64,000 bases of DNA from a phage, in the sequence record PZ049694.1; one strand, written 5' to 3'. Below the pieces are notes generated by a model that ran no database searches, was not told the origin of the DNA, and worked only from the letters and a program-made list of their open reading frames with translations. This document shows positions 8,915 to 15,506 of the stretch, in pieces. Each line of letters opens with the position of its first letter. The first letter of the stretch is position 1. Position numbers and translations under genes: made by a program.

Positions 8915-9463
8915 TTAACGAGCCCATTTGATAATTTCTGTAATCAAATAATTACGTTCGCTTGCATTAAATCCTATAACTTTGTTAGCACCGTCATGAT
9001 TAAGTAATTGATACGTTTGGATTTTGTTATGAATTGCAAACTCTTCAAAATATGAAATGACTGTATTAAAACCGAACGAAGACAAAGTAATAAGGTCGTC
9101 TTCAAAACTTTCAGTCATTTCGTTACGTGTTAAAATAATTGTGAACACATCATGGTTTTGGCAAAGACGAACATAATCCTGTTCATAAACGTCAAGAACC
9201 GAGTCCGCATCTTGTCGAATACGTCCATAAACCCAGTTACTAATATATCCACGGTCTAACAGATAAATCTTAGTAGGGTCTAAATAATTCAACATCGTTT
9301 CGAAACAGCCAACTTCATTTCGAGACTTAACATCGAAACGTCCATCAACTGTTCGTTTAGGGAAATCAATCTTTACATATCTTTCACTAATTTCCATTAT
9401 GTCATTAATGAAAGTTGTTTTACCAGCATTATCCGGGCCATCTACTAAAATAATTTTAGCCAT
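8915..9463 (-). CDS. P-loop kinase, thymidylate/dNMP-kinase-like
   Basis: 182 aa; Walker A GPDNAGKTT; LLDRGYISNWVYG resembles the TMP-kinase DRx..S..Y motif. Confidence 0.55.
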   Translation of the reverse strand: MAKIILVDGPDNAGKTTFINDIMEISERYVKIDFPKRTVDGRFDVKSRNEVGCFETMLNYLDPTKIYLLDRGYISNWVYGRIRQDADSVLDVYEQDYVRLCQNHDVFTIILTRNEMTESFEDDLITLSSFGFNTVISYFEEFAIHNKIQTYQLLNHDGANKVIGFNASERNYLITEIIKWAR

Positions 9464-9464
9464 T

Positions 9465-10364
9465 TTATTCCTCGATTACGACATCTTCATATTTAGGTAT
9501 ATTATACGGTGAAGAAATTAAAGCATTAAAGTAGATGAACTCACCAAGACCTGGATGGAATACTTCTTCAGGATTTTCGAAATATTGAATCTTCGGTCTT
9601 CCTTTAAGAATTTGATAGTACTCAGTTTTAGTTGGTTTAAAAATTCGAATCAGTGCTTCTTCAGGATACTTATTTCTGTCGAAGCTATTATTTGGATCGG
9701 TTATATAAAGCGGTTGACCTAATTGAATTGCGCATTCAACCACTTGTTCAAAACGATAACACGGGTCACTAATTCGAAATGGATGAAAAATACCATCTAG
9801 ATGAATAGGGGCCAAATCACCTACAAGACGCTGCATGATGGAAGGACGTATAACTTTCTGCGTTACGATAATCTTATTACCATCTGCACCAGCGTTAACC
9901 AGCACTTCCTTTTGACGTTTATTCAACACAGTAGTTTGAAGTGAACGATTAACCGACAACATATCGGTTTTTAAGAATTCGTCAATATAAAAACGTGGTT
10001 TATTAGGGTCTGCAGTGATATTGAAATTGAATTCCACATCAAAAGCGCCGTCATATCCAGTGATATCTGTGATTAGAAAATCACAATCATAATAAGCAAT
10101 TAATGAATCAACCACAAATTCATTTTCAGACCAGAAATATTTACGAGTGTTATACGCGTTATCTTTATACCATAATGGAACAAACTTAAATTCTGGGAAA
10201 AGACGTTCACATTCTTTAATATCAGATGCATTACGTGGATATGTAATCACATCACCCGGATTAGCACGGTGCAAATGAAGTTGGAAGTTGCCATCCTTAA
10301 GGATAGCATACTGTCCAGTTTCATAAGACCGCATACTCAAGATAGGTACGCGGAAAATAGCCAT
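9465..10364 (-). CDS. hypothetical protein (299 aa), candidate sugar transferase
   Basis: Occupies the slot where T4 has beta-gt; no recognisable motif; start overlaps the 42-like stop (TAATG). Confidence 0.5.
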   Translation of the reverse strand: MAIFRVPILSMRSYETGQYAILKDGNFQLHLHRANPGDVITYPRNASDIKECERLFPEFKFVPLWYKDNAYNTRKYFWSENEFVVDSLIAYYDCDFLITDITGYDGAFDVEFNFNITADPNKPRFYIDEFLKTDMLSVNRSLQTTVLNKRQKEVLVNAGADGNKIIVTQKVIRPSIMQRLVGDLAPIHLDGIFHPFRISDPCYRFEQVVECAIQLGQPLYITDPNNSFDRNKYPEEALIRIFKPTKTEYYQILKGRPKIQYFENPEEVFHPGLGEFIYFNALISSPYNIPKYEDVVIEE

Positions 10365-11080
10365 TAGTCAAGGAATCCTTTAACATAATCAAAATCACGT
10401 TCAAACACATGGGCACTTACCATGGTATGAGTATAATCACCAACTTCTACACCACATTCGTTAGCGATATAATGAAGTAATTTTCCTTGGAGATAAAAAT
10501 CTAACTGCATAACAACAGCACAGTTCTGAGAACGCATATGGCAGTGGGTATAAAGCTTACCATCACGAATATAATAAGTCACTGAGTCAGTACATGGATA
10601 TTCAAGCGTTTCGTCCGAATCAAGCAAAGCCTGATCTGAACTTTCAAGAATTTGAAACACAACTCTTCGTGAATTAGGTTTCTCTTTAAGTTCTTTTAGA
10701 AGAGCTGGTAATTGGGCCGCAATGCGAGGACCATAGAAAGTGTTGAAGTTCGCCGGCAAAACATCTGATTTTGGTTTAGAAATAAATTTAGCGACATTAG
10801 GATATGCCTTAAACGCTTCTTCTGCGTTGGTACCACCAGAAATCATAAACTTCCAGAAGTCTTCGGCATATTCATAAGAGATGCGGTTAATACGTGGGTC
10901 AGTCATTTTGAATGATGACGGAGTGTCAACAACTACTGTCATAGACCCAATTTCATTACAACGTCCAATACGAGAATCAGTTACGAATTCCGGGTTTTCT
11001 AAAATTTCACGATTGACTGCTTTAAATGCGGTTTGAAAATCTGCGGCTTTGATATATTTCATTGTGTTATGTTTTCCCAT
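10364..11080 (-). CDS. 42: dCMP hydroxymethylase-like enzyme (thymidylate synthase family)
   Basis: 238 aa; TS-family active-site region EYPCTDSVTYYIRDGKLYTHCHMRSQN; divergent from remembered T4 gp42. Confidence 0.7.
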   Translation of the reverse strand: MGKHNTMKYIKAADFQTAFKAVNREILENPEFVTDSRIGRCNEIGSMTVVVDTPSSFKMTDPRINRISYEYAEDFWKFMISGGTNAEEAFKAYPNVAKFISKPKSDVLPANFNTFYGPRIAAQLPALLKELKEKPNSRRVVFQILESSDQALLDSDETLEYPCTDSVTYYIRDGKLYTHCHMRSQNCAVVMQLDFYLQGKLLHYIANECGVEVGDYTHTMVSAHVFERDFDYVKGFLD

Positions 11081-11359
11081 GTTTACCTCAATACAATTTA
11101 TTATATACTCAATTCGTAAAGCTTATTTGAATTTCTTGACAATGTTGATATAACGTAAAGCTTCAGCATCGATACTTCCAAGAACACTATGAAGAAATGC
11201 ATCAGCGTAGTATTCCAATTGAACAGGTTTCTTTAATCACTTTAGCCGCTTTAGTTTCAAACAGGCCCATCAGGGCCTTTTTAAGAATTTGTTCATTAGT
11301 GTTCAGTTTCATAGTCAAAATCTCTTCATTAAGTTGGTGGTTAAAAGTTTTTCTAGAAA

Positions 11360-12520
11360 TCATTCCGGGTACCTCAAAGCGTCATCAGAGTTAGTTATAT
11401 CAATAATAGATATAGAGTTTTCTGCTAACCCGTTTTTAGATAATTGACGTTTATAATATCTTTCACAATATGTACACGTCGTCCCGCAGATTTCATTAGC
11501 ACAATCGAAATCTGGATGTCTGAACCACCTTTTTTCTAAAAAGCCATCTAACAAAGAGGTTTCAATATTTACTGTATGTGAAAACTCTGTCTCATTTTCA
11601 AGAGTGAAAATGGTCTCTAAAGGCTTCCACAGTTCTAACAAATTACCTTCAAACTTTTCAGAAGCGTATGCTTCAAGAACTTTCAAAATGTAGTCTGTGC
11701 TACCTGTACGTCCTGAAACTTTGAATTGAGTGATACCAATATCATTATAAAGTTTCAAATCTTGAGGACGAACAAAACGAGTTCTCAACCAGTTAAATGG
11801 ATCTGTATCACGAGCTTTAATACAATGTTGCATTGGATATCCATTTAAAGATTTGGCATCATCTACTGTAACATCGGTGCTATGGAAAATATAGCAAGAG
11901 TCACGATAACTACAATGTGTTGTATACCCTTTACCAGCATTAGAACAGAACTCATTTACAAGAACTTCAAATATTATATTGTTCTTATTACAAAACTCTG
12001 CTGCACGCTTCAGGAAAGAAACTGAACGGTTTTTATGAATTCCGCAGCAGACCTTTTTGATATTATATTGGTCATGCAAGTATTTGATTTGAGTTACAGC
12101 ATCGACATGTAGAATTGTTGAAACTTCAATCTCAATGTCTTTATTGACTTCACGAACAATTTCCATAACAACAGGGTTAGCGATAGTAATACGCCATACG
12201 CCTATTGACCAAAGATACTGAACATAATCCTGAATAGCTTTCTTCTTCCACTCAACTAGTTCTCTTTTTGAACCAGGATTTATCGTGTTGAGTGTATAGT
12301 TAAAGCAAATACCTAATTCGTTACAACGTTTAACGTAATCTTCTAACATCTTTTTGTCAACGTCAGGAAGCCTAAAATCAGGTCTGGCTGCTACAAAAGC
12401 CATTTCTCTTGTAGAGCCGTATACTTCATTTATCAAGCTATTAGGATAAGTTTTATTGAGCTCTACGATTTTATCAAGAAGAGCTAAATCAAAATTCGTT
12501 CCGATTTTAAAAGTATTCAT
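11360..12520 (-). CDS. Cys-rich enzyme of unknown function (386 aa)
   Basis: 13 or more Cys; C-terminal CANEICGTTCTYCERYY contains a C-x3-C-x2-C pattern; possible Fe-S or metal site. Confidence 0.5.
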   Translation of the reverse strand: MNTFKIGTNFDLALLDKIVELNKTYPNSLINEVYGSTREMAFVAARPDFRLPDVDKKMLEDYVKRCNELGICFNYTLNTINPGSKRELVEWKKKAIQDYVQYLWSIGVWRITIANPVVMEIVREVNKDIEIEVSTILHVDAVTQIKYLHDQYNIKKVCCGIHKNRSVSFLKRAAEFCNKNNIIFEVLVNEFCSNAGKGYTTHCSYRDSCYIFHSTDVTVDDAKSLNGYPMQHCIKARDTDPFNWLRTRFVRPQDLKLYNDIGITQFKVSGRTGSTDYILKVLEAYASEKFEGNLLELWKPLETIFTLENETEFSHTVNIETSLLDGFLEKRWFRHPDFDCANEICGTTCTYCERYYKRQLSKNGLAENSISIIDITNSDDALRYPE

Positions 12521-12577
12521 TTTTTTACATCTCGCGTTAATTGATGCGATGGTTTTTTGCAGGTCTTACTTAAATTA

Positions 12578-12979
12578 TTATAGATTCGGTTTATATGATT
12601 TAAATGTTTCGAATTCGCCTTTATTCATAAGAGCTTTGAATTCGTCAGGACGCATAGCTTTGTCGTCGATAATCCAATCATATACTGGTTTATGTGTTAG
12701 CAAATTATGGTACTTCAAGCCAATGTTTGCCAAGTTCTGAATCAGACTTGGGAGAATGTCAATTGCTATACGACCAGGACCTACTGACTTCATACCGCGA
12801 GCAGTGTAAAGCGTTATTGTATGCCCTGCATCATACAGGGCATTAATGGCAGACACCATTTCGACGTCTGGTTTGAAGTTCACGTAATCACGATTGTTAT
12901 TCCACTCTGTTATACAATCATCGACATCAAAACAAAGATTAAGCATGTTTTCTACACGGTGCATTAGATTCGTTCCCAT
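12578..12979 (-). CDS. HAD-superfamily phosphatase (small, 133 aa)
   Basis: Motif I FDVDDCIT (DxDxT); overlaps the upstream gene by 16 nt. Confidence 0.65.
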   Translation of the reverse strand: MGTNLMHRVENMLNLCFDVDDCITEWNNNRDYVNFKPDVEMVSAINALYDAGHTITLYTARGMKSVGPGRIAIDILPSLIQNLANIGLKYHNLLTHKPVYDWIIDDKAMRPDEFKALMNKGEFETFKSYKPNL

Positions 12980-14649
12980 TGATGAGTGATATCGCCACCG
13001 ATTGGACGATAAGAAACACCAGTTTCTTTATCAGTTAGTACCCATTTACCAGGATTTTTTGTAATCAGAGTAGCCGTTACAGGTTCTGCTACGTCATAAC
13101 TAATAGAGCCGTCTTGAAGTACACGGCCCATGTTACGTAATTGTTTAGTCAGAAGTTCCATACCTTTATAATATGCGGCTACCGCTTTAAGTGGATTATT
13201 CTTGAAATAACCACCTAATGCAATCCAGATAATTGCAACTGCCAAATGATGATACTCGTTAAACGAACTCATCTTTCCATATTTGTAAACTAATGGATTG
13301 ATGTTAATAGTCACATTACAAGTTGTTTCATCAATAGTAAACTGTCCCCAGGTCGGATTAGCGTTGAATTCATCATACCCTGAAACAGCATAAAGCACTT
13401 TAGCTTCGTCATACAATTTTGGTCCGTAAATCTTGGTTTCGCCAAAATATCCACGAGGGTCGATAAACTTGACTTCGCCATTATCAGTAATCATAGTATT
13501 ACTGAAGTTCGGGTCACCATGAATAACAGAGTACTGTCCCTGAGAACGGTTATGATAACGAATAAGGTGTTCTAAAGCTTGTTTCAGCATTGGCTTCAGA
13601 CGCCCAATCTTAGTGTAGTTCACATGTGTGATTTTACCAAATGAATCAATCAATGGTTGAATACTTTCACAACGATCAATAACTTTCGTATAGAACTCTT
13701 TAGTGAAATCACGACGAACAGTTTCAGGACTTACAAAATAAGTGTCTGTGCTGAATTTCAGTGCATCTAAAATTGCATCAACAATTTGTGGACGAGCAAG
13801 ACTTGATTTGGATTTAATATATTCAAATGCCGGCTTACCTTTAATGCGTTCCATTTCAAAGTTATTTTCATTAACAGAAACTAACTGAGGAACTGAATCT
13901 GATTTCACTTTAAGATACCATGAAATCTCATCTTTCTGAAGAGCTCGACCCTGTTCGGTTAATGCGAATTTAGTTACAGTTTCTTCACCGATTTCAACTG
14001 CATTAAAACTACGATTAAGTTCACGAACTTCATGAGCTTTTTCAAGTTTAGGCATATCACCTAAATCAATTAGATTCATAAGCTCTGATTTATTGAATGC
14101 ACCGCTGTAAAGGAATTCTACGAAATCACGTCCTTTGCAGTATTCATGAATTTCCTCATCAGTAGAACCCATATAGAATTCCCAGTCTTTGAACTGATAA
14201 ATTCCTACAACATTACCACCTGTTGAACCTACGTTAGTGATATTTTCACCGTCGAAATTATATCGACATTCGTCGCCCTTAACATAGATTGCGTTAACAT
14301 TCCAAGACCATGAACCAAAATCGGGAATAATATCACACCAGTTAACAATTACATTATGGCCGTTTAAATCTTTGTGTAATTTAGCAAGAGCATAAGCAGA
14401 ACCATACGCTTCATCAACTGTACGAATAGTCACATTGAACCCTTCTTGCTCACAATAAGCTCGAACAGTTTCAGCAAATTTTGAATGAACTACTACAATA
14501 ATTTCGTCTGCGCCAAGGTCAGAATAAATTGTATACAAATTGCTCAGAATAGTGTCTTGTTTATAGTTAACAAGCACCTTAGGAATATGATGCGTTATTG
14601 GATACAAACGAGTTGCCAGTCCAGCACCAAGAATAACAGCTTTTTTCAT
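12964..14649 (-). CDS. bifunctional sugar-1-phosphate nucleotidyltransferase / APH-type kinase
   Basis: N-terminal ILGAGLATRL (GxGxR of NDP-sugar pyrophosphorylases such as LicC, MurU, RmlA); C-terminal VIHGDPNFSN Brenner motif and FIDPRG (APH/choline-kinase fold). Confidence 0.75.
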   Translation of the reverse strand: MKKAVILGAGLATRLYPITHHIPKVLVNYKQDTILSNLYTIYSDLGADEIIVVVHSKFAETVRAYCEQEGFNVTIRTVDEAYGSAYALAKLHKDLNGHNVIVNWCDIIPDFGSWSWNVNAIYVKGDECRYNFDGENITNVGSTGGNVVGIYQFKDWEFYMGSTDEEIHEYCKGRDFVEFLYSGAFNKSELMNLIDLGDMPKLEKAHEVRELNRSFNAVEIGEETVTKFALTEQGRALQKDEISWYLKVKSDSVPQLVSVNENNFEMERIKGKPAFEYIKSKSSLARPQIVDAILDALKFSTDTYFVSPETVRRDFTKEFYTKVIDRCESIQPLIDSFGKITHVNYTKIGRLKPMLKQALEHLIRYHNRSQGQYSVIHGDPNFSNTMITDNGEVKFIDPRGYFGETKIYGPKLYDEAKVLYAVSGYDEFNANPTWGQFTIDETTCNVTININPLVYKYGKMSSFNEYHHLAVAIIWIALGGYFKNNPLKAVAAYYKGMELLTKQLRNMGRVLQDGSISYDVAEPVTATLITKNPGKWVLTDKETGVSYRPIGGDITHQWERI

Positions 14650-14690
14650 GTTGTGGTCCTCATTGGTAAGTAGGAGTATTGTACACTATT

Positions 14691-14834
14691 CTAGTTAAAG
14701 CATTCATACTTTGCTTGTAGTCCAATCATAATCCATCCAATTACAAGTGTCGGAATCATTACTGGAGCCGTTAAGCTCCAGTAGATAGTCATGACAAGCA
14801 TCAATAGTAAAAGTCCTATTGTTATTGCTTTCAT
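14691..14834 (-). CDS. small hydrophobic protein (47 aa)
   Basis: MKAITIGLLLLMLVMTIYWSLTAPVMIPTLVIGWIMIGLQAKYECFN; ATG overlaps the SIS gene stop (ATGA); below track cutoff. Confidence 0.35.
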   Translation of the reverse strand: MKAITIGLLLLMLVMTIYWSLTAPVMIPTLVIGWIMIGLQAKYECFN

Positions 14835-15466
14835 TGTTCGCCTCGTAACATGGCACCTAGTGCACCGCCAGGGTGGAACTTAAGGAAGTCATTAGAGGTA
14901 AATCCACGTTCAGACGAAAGGTTGATAGCAAACGTATCGATAAGCGCTAACAACAATGTAGTGGACATGGTCGGAGCCAGAGAATTCTCATCGACCTCTA
15001 CCGCGATGCCTGTACAGAAAGAGTAATCAAAAAGGGCTTCATTTTCTTGTGGAATGTCTGGGTTACAATGCAACAGAATTTGTTTGACGTTCGGACGAAT
15101 CATTTTAAGATGCTTAGCCACGCCTATCATTTCTTCAGTTTTACCAGAACGACTAATATGAATCAACACATCATTAGGCGCAATGAATCCTGCATCACCG
15201 TGAGAATAATGCCCAGTGTTCAAGTACATACTCGGGATACCGAGTGAAGCAAATGTCTCAGAAGCTTTAGTTGCAATATTAGCATTCTTACCAACACCTG
15301 TAATAATTACTCGGCTTTCATAATTACTAAGTCCCGGACGTCGAAGAGTTTCTAGAATAGCATTATAACGAGCAGGGTTTTGACTAATTACTTTGGCCAT
15401 AGCGGCCAAAGAAGAAGCTTGTTTTATGATTGCGTCAATAGCGATAGTAATAGGAGTAGTTTTCAT
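14831..15466 (-). CDS. SIS-domain sugar-phosphate isomerase, arabinose-5-phosphate isomerase-like (no CBS domains)
   Basis: 211 aa; SIS motif ITGVGKNANIA; C-terminal FLKFHPGGALG matches the KdsD/GutQ/KpsF signature. Confidence 0.7.
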   Translation of the reverse strand: MKTTPITIAIDAIIKQASSLAAMAKVISQNPARYNAILETLRRPGLSNYESRVIITGVGKNANIATKASETFASLGIPSMYLNTGHYSHGDAGFIAPNDVLIHISRSGKTEEMIGVAKHLKMIRPNVKQILLHCNPDIPQENEALFDYSFCTGIAVEVDENSLAPTMSTTLLLALIDTFAINLSSERGFTSNDFLKFHPGGALGAMLRGEQ

Positions 15467-15506
15467 ATTTCTCTCATTTAATTAGTTTACCGTCCATGTC
15501 ATTATA

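Noticed and set aside
11081-11109. Plus-strand promoter-like GTTTAC-17 bp-TATACT
   Set aside because: The GTTTAC is the complement of the gene 42 ribosome-binding region and start codon; no plus-strand gene follows.
11197-11394. 65-aa plus-strand ORF in the 42-upstream spacer
   Set aside because: Runs through a GC hairpin (11267-11290) and the stop of the 386-aa gene; no ribosome-binding site. A 51-aa minus-strand ORF (11208-11363) with an ATGA overlap is a more plausible but still unsupported reading.
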